From Lysobacteraceae bacterium (GTDB lineage Bacteria; Pseudomonadota; Gammaproteobacteria; Xanthomonadales; Rhodanobacteraceae): 64,000 nt of DNA. The stretch is taken from the NCBI GenBank assembly GCA_040255405.1, contig JBDZUX010000006.1, positions 3,862-67,861 on the forward strand, read 5' to 3'. The notes below the pieces were generated by a model. That model worked only from the letters and a program-made list of their open reading frames with translations, made no database searches and was not told where the DNA came from. Both the position numbers and the translations under genes were made by a program. The first letter of the stretch is position 1. The number at the start of each line of letters is the position of its first letter. Below, in pieces: positions 1 through 7,299 of this stretch.

Positions 1-445
1 CGAACAACCAGCCCACCGCGCGACCGCGGCGCTGATACGGCACCACGTCACCGATCAGGGTCAAGCCAATCGGCACGATCCCGGCCGCGCTGACGCCGGT
101 CACGATGCGCCAGCCGATGAACGTGCCAATGTGATGGCTGCAGGCCGTCGCGGCCGTGAGGACGCTGAACAACGCCAGCGAAGCCAGGATCACGCGCCGC
201 CGCCCCAGCCGATCGGACAACGGCCCGACCCCCAGGGTCGCGAATGCCTGCGGGACGACGTAGGCCGGCACCGCCAACGCGACCCACGCCACCGGCGCGG
301 CGAACGCCTCGGCGAGACCGGGGATCAACGGCGCAACCATGAAGGTCTGCACGAACACCAGGAAGGCCGCGCTGCAGACCAGCACCAGCATGCGTCGTTC
401 CACCGCCGTCGAAACCGGCGGTGTGGAATCCAGTGGCGTGGACAT
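1..445 (-). CDS. MFS transporter, N-terminal part (gene continues past the left edge)
   Basis: Own translation of the minus strand from ATG 445-443 gives MSTPLDSTPPVSTAVERRMLVLVCSAAFLVFVQTFMVAPLIPGLAEAF...GPLSDRLGRRRVILASLALF...GWRIVTGVSAAGIVPIG. It has hydrophobic helices and the MFS loop motif D-R-x-G-R-R. It is absent from the ORF track because no stop lies in the window. The start overlaps the stop of the upstream CGNR gene (TGATG). Confidence 0.8.
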   Translation of the reverse strand, partial: MSTPLDSTPPVSTAVERRMLVLVCSAAFLVFVQTFMVAPLIPGLAEAFAAPVAWVALAVPAYVVPQAFATLGVGPLSDRLGRRRVILASLALFSVLTAATACSHHIGTFIGWRIVTGVSAAGIVPIGLTLIGDVVPYQRRGRAVGWLF

Positions 446-1017
446 CAACCAGCCCGGTGTTGCTTCAGGTAGTGCCGCGCGACGCGCGCGCGGTTGCCGC
501 AGAGCGCCCCCGAGCACCATCGGCGGCGTGGATTGAGGGCGAGGAACTGGAGGCGGCAACCGGGGTGTGCGCATTCGCGTATGCGCGCGGCATGGCAGCC
601 GGTCAGGAGTTGCACCGCGTCCGCGGCCAGCACCTGCAACACGCGGTCGCACTGGGTGCCGGATGGCGGGATGGTCATGCGCGGTCCCCCGGCCGGCCAC
701 GTCAATTGCGGAGCCGGGTGCCGCCTGGAGAACGCGCGGTTGATTGCGCCGATCGTGGCGGGCGTCGGCCGTGCGTGTTCGCGCAGCGCGCGCAGCAGGT
801 CGTCGATGGTCGCCCGCAGTGCGCGCACGGCGCGCAGGTCCGCCGTCGTCGCCTTGCCTGCCCACGCCAGCCGCGGGCGTTCGGCGCGAAACCACGCGAC
901 GAGTGCTTCCGTGGTATCGAGCAGATCGACGATTTCCCCGCCGCGACACACCCGTGTGTTCACGAGATCGAGTGCGAGTGGCTCGCCCAGGAGTAGGAAA
1001 TCAGGATGGAAAGTCAT
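445..1017 (-). CDS. CGNR zinc-finger domain protein (ABATE + zf-CGNR, putative stress-induced regulator)
   Basis: The 190-aa ORF has the C-terminal signature CAHPGCRLQFLALNPRRRWCSGALCGNRARVARHY (C-x-x-C...C-G-N-R). Confidence 0.85.
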   Translation of the reverse strand: MTFHPDFLLLGEPLALDLVNTRVCRGGEIVDLLDTTEALVAWFRAERPRLAWAGKATTADLRAVRALRATIDDLLRALREHARPTPATIGAINRAFSRRHPAPQLTWPAGGPRMTIPPSGTQCDRVLQVLAADAVQLLTGCHAARIRECAHPGCRLQFLALNPRRRWCSGALCGNRARVARHYLKQHRAG

Positions 1018-1054
1018 CGGTCTTGTATGTCGTCGCGCGCGATGCGTGACACTT

Positions 1055-1078
1055 GACTAATGTGAGTATACATTAGTC
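1055..1078. promoter_or_regulatory. AT-rich inverted repeat (9-bp arms, 6-bp spacer) in a divergent promoter region
   Basis: GACTAATGT-gagtat-ACATTAGTC has perfect arms. It lies between the CGNR gene start (1017) and the DJ-1 gene start (1155), in the only AT-rich patch of that intergenic region. Confidence 0.45.
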
Positions 1079-1154
1079 GGGTTTACCGGGCGCGCGGAGC
1101 CCGACGGCACATGCCGTCGATCCGGTATCGCGCACAATGCAAGCGAGGCAGAAC

Positions 1155-1793
1155 ATGAAGAAGCGTTTGGGCATCTACATCTTCGACGGCGCCGAAGTCG
1201 TCGATTTCACCGCGCCGTTCGGCGTGTTCGCGGTTGCGCAACGCCTGGACCCCGAGCTGGACGTATTCCTGGTCGGCGATACCTTGGTACCCGTCGAAGC
1301 CACGGCCGGACTGCGCGTGACGCCGCGCTACGGACTCGACAACCACCCCGACATGGACGCGTTCCTGATCCCGGGCGGAATCGGCACCCGTCGCGAAATG
1401 CACAACGGGCGCCTGCTCGACTTCGTGCGCGGCCTGCCCAAAAAGACCTGCCTGGTCAGCGTATGCACCGGTTCGTGGATTTACGGCGCGGCGGGCATCC
1501 TGGATGGGCTCAAGGCCACCAGCCGCAAGAACGGTGATCCGTCCGAAAAGCTGGTGCCGATCGATCGCCTGGCCAAAATCGCGCCGAAGTGTTCGATCGA
1601 CCGCCATCGCATCGTCGACCAGGGCCGGGTAATCACTGCAGGCGGCATTTCTTCCGGGCTCGAAACCGGCCTCTACCTGCTGCTCCGGTTCGGCCACGAC
1701 GATGCATTCGTGGACAGCGTCGCCCGGATCATGGAATACGAACAGCAATGGGCGTTGATGAAGCCCGATCGACTGGTCGTCGCACAAGCGTAG
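1155..1793 (+). CDS. DJ-1/PfpI family (class I glutamine amidotransferase-like) protein
   Basis: The sequence runs MKKRLGIYIFDGAEVVDFTAPFGVFA...AFLIPGGIGTR...VSVCTGSWIYGAAGILDG...ITAGGISSGLE, with the nucleophile-elbow Cys in VCTGS. GAGG lies 7 nt upstream of ATG 1155. An alternative ATG is at 1137. Confidence 0.85.
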   Translation: MKKRLGIYIFDGAEVVDFTAPFGVFAVAQRLDPELDVFLVGDTLVPVEATAGLRVTPRYGLDNHPDMDAFLIPGGIGTRREMHNGRLLDFVRGLPKKTCLVSVCTGSWIYGAAGILDGLKATSRKNGDPSEKLVPIDRLAKIAPKCSIDRHRIVDQGRVITAGGISSGLETGLYLLLRFGHDDAFVDSVARIMEYEQQWALMKPDRLVVAQA

Positions 1794-1895
1794 CCCCGGA
1801 TAGCAGCGCTGCACCGCTGTCCGCACAAACGAGGCGATCACGCGCTGAATGATCCCGGCCAGGCCGCAACACGCGGCAACCGGGGCCGACGCAAC

Positions 1896-3407
1896 TCACG
1901 CAACCTGCCGGGACGCCGATGGCGGTGCCGCCAGCCGCACGCGCAACGTGCACAGCCCGGCCACGATGAGGCTCGCGCCGCCCACCACCAGCGCCCACAC
2001 GGGTTGCCCGTGGAAGAACCGTTTCAGCAGTTCGCCCAGCACGCTGGCGGCGATCAGTTGCGGGATCACGATGAAAAAATTGAAGATGCCCATGTACACG
2101 CCCATTTTGGCGGCCGGCAGGTTGTCGGACAGCATCGCGTAGGGCAGCGACAGGATCGACGCCCACGCGAAGCCCACGCCCACCATCGGCAACAGCAGCC
2201 AGCGCGGATCGCGGATGAACAGGAAGCCGCACAGACCGACGCCGCCCAGCCACAGGTTCACGAGATGGCTGGCGCGCAGGCCCCAGCGGCGCACCATCCA
2301 CGGAATCACGAACGCCGCGAGCGCGGCGCAACCGTTGTACACCGCAAACAACACGCCTACCCAGTTCGCGGCGGTGTTGAAGAGGGCCGAGTGCGCATCG
2401 CTGGCGCCGTATTGCACCTGCGCCACCGACGCGGTGGCGTAGATCCACATCGAGAACAGCGCGAACCACGAGAACAACTGCACCCACGCGAGCTGGCGCA
2501 TCGCATCCGGCATGGTGTGCAGGTCGCCCAGCACGTGGCCCAGCAGGCCACGCCGCTCCGACAACACAGGACGCAGCTTCATCGCAAGTTCGTAACCGAC
2601 CAACAGCAGGCCGTACACCGCGAGGCCGGCGGCGAGCAGGTACACCTCTTGCCGCAATTGGAAAACTTCGATCAGCAACGCGACGACAATGCCAGCCAGC
2701 AACCACGCGGCGCCGTTGCGCCAGATCCCGCGCAGGTCCGGCAGCGCACCGGCCTGCCCCGCATCGTCGAAGGCCTGCAACTGTTCCGGCGGATATTCGC
2801 GCGTGCTGACCACCGTCCACGTCACCGCCCCGAGCAGCACCACGCCGCCCGAATAGAACGCGTACTTCACGGTGTCGGGAATGCCGCCGTCCGGCGCCAC
2901 GTTGCTGACGCCGAGGTGCGCGAGGATCCACGGCAATGCCGAGGCAACCACCGCGCCTGCACCGATGAAGAAGCTCTGCAGCAGGTAACCGCGCGGGCGC
3001 TGGTGCTCCGGCAACTGGTCGGCGACGAAGGCGCGGAACGGTTCCATCGCGACGTTGAAGGTGGCGTCCATCAACCACAGCAGGATCGCCGCCACCCACA
3101 GCGTGCCGGCGTTCGGCATCCAGAACAGCGCCACCGTCGCCAACAGCGCACCGGCCAGGAAATACGGGCGTCGGCGCCCCAGCCGCGTCCACGTCCGATC
3201 GGAATAGTGGCCGATGATCGGTTGCACGACCAGGCCGGTCAGCGGCGCGGCCACCCACAGCACCGGAATCTGTTCCAGCGACGCACCGAGTGTCTGGAAG
3301 ATCCGACTGACGTCGGCGTTCTGCAACGCAAAGCCGAACTGGATGCCAAGGAATCCGAAGCACATGTTCCAGATCTGCCGGAACGACAGTTCGGGTTTGC
3401 GATTCAT
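1896..3407 (-). CDS. MFS sugar:H+ symporter (GPH/SLC45-like, sucrose/maltose-transporter type)
   Basis: From the internal Met: MNRKPELSFRQIWNMCFGFLGIQFGFALQNA...GHYSDRTWTRLGRRRPYFLAGALL, followed by about 12 hydrophobic segments. The start ATG 3407 overlaps the stop of the upstream GH gene (ATGA). The 5' extension in the track ORF (to 3779) lies inside the neighbouring gene. Confidence 0.85.
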   Translation of the reverse strand: MNRKPELSFRQIWNMCFGFLGIQFGFALQNADVSRIFQTLGASLEQIPVLWVAAPLTGLVVQPIIGHYSDRTWTRLGRRRPYFLAGALLATVALFWMPNAGTLWVAAILLWLMDATFNVAMEPFRAFVADQLPEHQRPRGYLLQSFFIGAGAVVASALPWILAHLGVSNVAPDGGIPDTVKYAFYSGGVVLLGAVTWTVVSTREYPPEQLQAFDDAGQAGALPDLRGIWRNGAAWLLAGIVVALLIEVFQLRQEVYLLAAGLAVYGLLLVGYELAMKLRPVLSERRGLLGHVLGDLHTMPDAMRQLAWVQLFSWFALFSMWIYATASVAQVQYGASDAHSALFNTAANWVGVLFAVYNGCAALAAFVIPWMVRRWGLRASHLVNLWLGGVGLCGFLFIRDPRWLLLPMVGVGFAWASILSLPYAMLSDNLPAAKMGVYMGIFNFFIVIPQLIAASVLGELLKRFFHGQPVWALVVGGASLIVAGLCTLRVRLAAPPSASRQVA

Positions 3408-5620
3408 GGAGGCGTGTCTGCCGAAAGCGGCGCGATGTGGAGGGCGCCGATTCTGGCATCGTTCAAGGGACCTTCGCTTCCGCCTTGGCCGCCGGTGTAG
3501 TGCGCGAAGTTGGCAAGGTCGCTCATGTTGAAGCCTTGCCGCAACGCGAAGGTGCAGCGCGCGCCGGCATCCGCCGTGAACGTGCTTGTGGTGGACGATT
3601 GCTTGCCCGTGCTGTGCGGCATCACGATAGGCACGATTTGTTCGGAAGAACCCGCACACCGGATCGCCAGCCGCTTCACCGCGGCGGTAACGCCGGTATT
3701 GATCGGACCATGGTCGTTCGTGTATTCGAGCCACGCGCGGAAGCGTCCGCCTGAAGGCACCGTCCACGTGCGCGGCCACGCGCCCGCCACCTCCGACGAA
3801 TCACCCACGCAGGTTTCGAGGCTGGGCAGCGATTCGATGCCGTCCTTGCCGATTTGCGTCACCCGCAGGCAACGACGCGCGAAGGATGGCGGCAGCATCC
3901 AGGCATTGCCTGCGTCGTCGTAGCGCTTGCCATCCACGTAAAGCAAGTCGTGATCGCCCTTCGAGGCCACGCGCCACTGGTTGCCGTCGCGCGTCACCTG
4001 CGGCGCAGCCGGTGTCGCCGGCGCATACAACGGGGCGCCGGTGCGCAACGGCAACGCCGGGACATCGATCGCCTTCAAGGTGACGACGACGTCCATGCCA
4101 TAGTGCACGACCCTGTCCGCGACCAGCAGGTTGCCGTCGGCACGTTGCGGACGTTTCAGCGTGATCTTCCGATCCGGCAGTTGCAGCGTGATCGCGTCGC
4201 GCTCCCCGAACAGCATCGGCAGCAGTGACGCGGGAAGTTTCGGTTCGACCTTGCCGTCACCCGTCAACCCGAATATGCCCTCGCTGACCATGTCGAGATA
4301 ACCCGCCACCGACCACAACTGGCGTTTCGAATCCACCACCGGGCCGCTGAGCTTGCCCTCGTCGACGTGCGTCGCCTGGGTGGCGAGTTCGTAATTTTCC
4401 ATGTTGGAACCGGCCAGCGCGGCGCCGCGCATGATCGATTCGATCCCGAATGCGATCAGTTTCGGATCGTCCACCTTGCGCGCGGCGCGCAGCGCGTAGG
4501 CACTGACGAACGGCCAGATCGCGCGGTTGTGGTAGATCGGCTGGTCGGCGCGCTCCGGCCAGATCACCGGGCTGCCGGCCGGCCACGCGGGGTAGTGCTC
4601 AAGCGACGAACGCGCGCGTTCCACATTGGCCACGCCGCTGGTGATCGCCAGCGACAGGCCCAGCAGATCATAGGCTTCCACGGGCAGGCCGTCGCCGCCG
4701 ATGTAGCTCATGTACATGCCGCGGTCGGCGCGCCAGAATTGCGCGTTGATCGCCTGCTTCAGCGCATCGGCCTGCGTCGCGTACTGTTGCGCGCGAGCGT
4801 CGCCGCGTTGCGCCGCCATGCGCGCCGCGAGCTGCAACGCCTCGTAGTGCAGCACATTGGTGGACAGCGCGAACGACTGCCCGATGAACACCACGTTGTT
4901 CTTCGTCCATTCCGGATAGGTCTGTTCGCGCCAGTCGAGGAACGAGGTCTCGCCGCGATACAGGCCCATGCGCGCGTCGAACGCGTATTCGCGATCCTGC
5001 GTCAGGGTGTCCTTCAGCGCCTGCCAGACCCTGTCGGCGAACGTCTTTTCGTCCAGCAGATGGCGCGCGCCCAGGAACCACACCACCCGGTCGGTGCTGA
5101 TCGGCCAGCTTCCGCCCGAGCCGGTGTCCTGCATCGGGTACAGGCCTTGCGGAACATCTTTCGCGCGCACGTCGGACAGCTTGAACAGCAAACCGTTGCG
5201 CGAACGCGCGGCGTCGTACCGCCACAGGCCCAAGTCAACCGAATACGACAGGTCGCGCGTCCACACGTACGGCCACTTCTCGCCGGTCTCGAAGCAGTGG
5301 CAGGGGATTGCTCGGTCGTGGTCGTAGGCGCCGTCATGGATTTCGGTGATGGAATCCTGCAGAAGATCGTCTTGCGCCATTGCGAACAGCCCGTCGAACA
5401 ACGGACTGGCGGTTTGCGTGCCGCGGGGCTGTGCCGCGATCGCCCGCTTGCCGAACGGCCCCTGCAACACGAACCCGCCGTCCGGCGCACTTCGCATCAC
5501 GGCGTGCTGGCCGCGCCATTCGATTCGGTCATGCCACGACGAGGCGGGCGTCGCGGCGTGGCCGGCAACGGCGATGGCCGTCAGCGTGAACAGGCCGAAG
5601 CACGCCGCGCGGCGCATCAA
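3404..5620 (-). CDS. Secreted six-hairpin (alpha/alpha)6 glycoside hydrolase, GH15/GDE-like, with a C-terminal beta-rich (CBM-like) domain
   Basis: The signal peptide is MMRRAACFGLFTLTAIAVAGHAA. The block EKWPYVWTRDLSYSVDLGLW resembles the glucoamylase Y-x-W-T-R-D block. IYHNRAIWPFVSAY resembles the YHNG-x-VWPW block of debranching-type enzymes. The last 180 aa or so are non-helical. The family assignment is approximate. Confidence 0.55.
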   Translation of the reverse strand: MMRRAACFGLFTLTAIAVAGHAATPASSWHDRIEWRGQHAVMRSAPDGGFVLQGPFGKRAIAAQPRGTQTASPLFDGLFAMAQDDLLQDSITEIHDGAYDHDRAIPCHCFETGEKWPYVWTRDLSYSVDLGLWRYDAARSRNGLLFKLSDVRAKDVPQGLYPMQDTGSGGSWPISTDRVVWFLGARHLLDEKTFADRVWQALKDTLTQDREYAFDARMGLYRGETSFLDWREQTYPEWTKNNVVFIGQSFALSTNVLHYEALQLAARMAAQRGDARAQQYATQADALKQAINAQFWRADRGMYMSYIGGDGLPVEAYDLLGLSLAITSGVANVERARSSLEHYPAWPAGSPVIWPERADQPIYHNRAIWPFVSAYALRAARKVDDPKLIAFGIESIMRGAALAGSNMENYELATQATHVDEGKLSGPVVDSKRQLWSVAGYLDMVSEGIFGLTGDGKVEPKLPASLLPMLFGERDAITLQLPDRKITLKRPQRADGNLLVADRVVHYGMDVVVTLKAIDVPALPLRTGAPLYAPATPAAPQVTRDGNQWRVASKGDHDLLYVDGKRYDDAGNAWMLPPSFARRCLRVTQIGKDGIESLPSLETCVGDSSEVAGAWPRTWTVPSGGRFRAWLEYTNDHGPINTGVTAAVKRLAIRCAGSSEQIVPIVMPHSTGKQSSTTSTFTADAGARCTFALRQGFNMSDLANFAHYTGGQGGSEGPLNDARIGALHIAPLSADTPP

Positions 5621-7170
5621 TGCAACTCCACCACGACCAGGCCTTGCGGCGGAATGTCCAGACTCAAGCGGCCGTCATGCACCGCAAGCTGCTTCGACGC
5701 GGCCATCTTGCCGGCCGCCCGCAACTGTTCGATCTGCTCGCGGCTCGGGAATGCCGGGCGGCCCATCCTGTCGAACAGCGCGACCGCGTTGCCGTGGTGT
5801 TCGTCCAGCCGCCATGCCGTCGCGGCGGCATTCGCGCCGAGGTGCGACACGTCCACCTCGAAATGCTTGACGGCGCCCTTGGGCTCACCCGGCGTGTAGC
5901 TCGCGGTGTCACCGACCGGCGGCGCGTAATTCCACAGCGCCAGCACCAGCGTGCCGTCGGCGCGCCTGGTGGCGAGCGCGCTGTCGGACCTCAATGGCAA
6001 ACGCACGTCGCCCAGCCGGTGCAGCATCGCGAACGCGTTGAACACGGGTTTCTCGATCCGGTCTTCCGCGATCAGTCCGAAGCCGCCGTAGAACGGCGTG
6101 CGCACGACGCCCTGTTCCTCGAACACGTCGGAGAACGTCCAGTAGCTCATCATCGCGATCTTGCCCGCGCATTCGCGGATCGTGTTCGCCATCCACGGCC
6201 CCATGAATACCGTGTCGGTGACGTTCGGCAGGTTCGCATAGGACGCGTTGTACTCGCTGAACACCAGCGGCAGCTTCGGATACGGCGACGCCAGGATTTC
6301 GTTGTGCACCTTGCCGACCGCCTTGCACACCATGTCGGCGCGCGAGACCGGGCGGTCGTCATGGAACACGTTCTGCGAGGTGTCGTCGCCGTAGACATGG
6401 CTGCTGACGAAATCCACCGGCACGCCGATTTCGTGCACGTGCTCCAGGAAAGCCGGCACCCACGCCGCCTGCGCGGTCGCGGGGCCGCCCACGCGAATCC
6501 GCGTGCTCACCGACTTCAGCGCGCGCGCAGTATGGTCGTACAGTTGGAAATAGGTCGACTGTTTGGGATCGCCACCCCAGAAGTCGATGTTGGGCTCGTT
6601 CCATACCTCGAAATACCAGCTCGCGACTTCGTCGATGCCGTAGCGGTCGACCAGGTGCCGCGCGAACGCCTCGATCATCGCGTCCCACTCGGTGTAACTC
6701 TCCGGCGGCATCACGTTGGGCTTGTACCAGAACGAATGGTGCTTCGAAGGATCGGAACTCAAGGCCTCGGGCATGAAGCCCAGTTCGATGAACGGTTTGA
6801 CCCCGTGTGCCAGCAGCCCGTCGTAGATCTGGTCGACGTAGGAAAAGTTGTAGGAAATCCTGCCGCCGTTGTCGCGATTCACCAGGCCGACGTCGTCATC
6901 GAAGATGCCGTGGAAGCGCACGTATTCGAAGCCGGTGGCCGAATGCACGGCGTCGAGATCCTTGCGGTAGTCGTCGCGCAGCGACAGCACCGCGCGGCCC
7001 GAGCCGAACATCTGCTCCCAGAAGTGCGGGAAGGGCGTGCCTTGCGCGGCGGCGTCCAGTTTCAGGTGAACGGTTTGCGCAGGCGACGCCGCCATCGCCA
7101 CGCTGGCGCCGGCGGACAGAACAAGCGCCAGGAGCAGCGCGAACCCACTTGAAAGCTTCCGGATCTTCAT
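5617..7170 (-). CDS. Secreted GH39-family glycoside hydrolase (beta-xylosidase-like fold)
   Basis: The signal peptide runs from Met42 of the track ORF: MKIRKLSSGFALLLALVLSAGASVAMA. YVRFHGIFDDD and WYFEVWNEPNIDFW (acid/base Glu in WNEPN) are present, and VFSEYNASY is the nucleophile candidate. The stop overlaps the next gene (5617-5620). Confidence 0.75.
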   Translation of the reverse strand: MKIRKLSSGFALLLALVLSAGASVAMAASPAQTVHLKLDAAAQGTPFPHFWEQMFGSGRAVLSLRDDYRKDLDAVHSATGFEYVRFHGIFDDDVGLVNRDNGGRISYNFSYVDQIYDGLLAHGVKPFIELGFMPEALSSDPSKHHSFWYKPNVMPPESYTEWDAMIEAFARHLVDRYGIDEVASWYFEVWNEPNIDFWGGDPKQSTYFQLYDHTARALKSVSTRIRVGGPATAQAAWVPAFLEHVHEIGVPVDFVSSHVYGDDTSQNVFHDDRPVSRADMVCKAVGKVHNEILASPYPKLPLVFSEYNASYANLPNVTDTVFMGPWMANTIRECAGKIAMMSYWTFSDVFEEQGVVRTPFYGGFGLIAEDRIEKPVFNAFAMLHRLGDVRLPLRSDSALATRRADGTLVLALWNYAPPVGDTASYTPGEPKGAVKHFEVDVSHLGANAAATAWRLDEHHGNAVALFDRMGRPAFPSREQIEQLRAAGKMAASKQLAVHDGRLSLDIPPQGLVVVELH

Positions 7171-7195
7171 GCCAGATCTCCAGCGGCGACGGGAC

Positions 7196-7209
7196 TGTAA
7201 ACGTTTACA
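7196..7209. promoter_or_regulatory. Perfect 14-bp LacI/GalR-type operator palindrome
   Basis: TGTAAACGTTTACA matches TGnAAnCGnTTnCA at every constrained position. It lies 26 bp upstream of the GH39 start codon (7170) on the minus strand. Confidence 0.6.
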
Positions 7210-7299
7210 TCGCCGAGTCTGCCGGGGTTCCGGACGGACGTCCAGCCATTGGAAGCACAGGCGGAAGAACGCGCCTCGATCTCGTGCACGCACGCCCCC

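Noticed and set aside
1729-3459. Long ORFs antisense or out of frame to annotated genes. Examples: 1729-3459, 2004-3500, 4367-5899, 5620-7152, 7249-9225, 9847-11316, 12956-14284, 15002-16369, 21967-24123, 24133-25536, 27123-30017, 34892-36736, 39616-41511, 44501-46900, 48754-50238, 54739-57936.
   Set aside because: Their products are Arg/Ala/Gly/Pro-rich with no recognisable motifs. In every case the opposite strand or another frame encodes a protein with clear family signatures. Such shadow ORFs are expected at this GC content because stop codons are rare.
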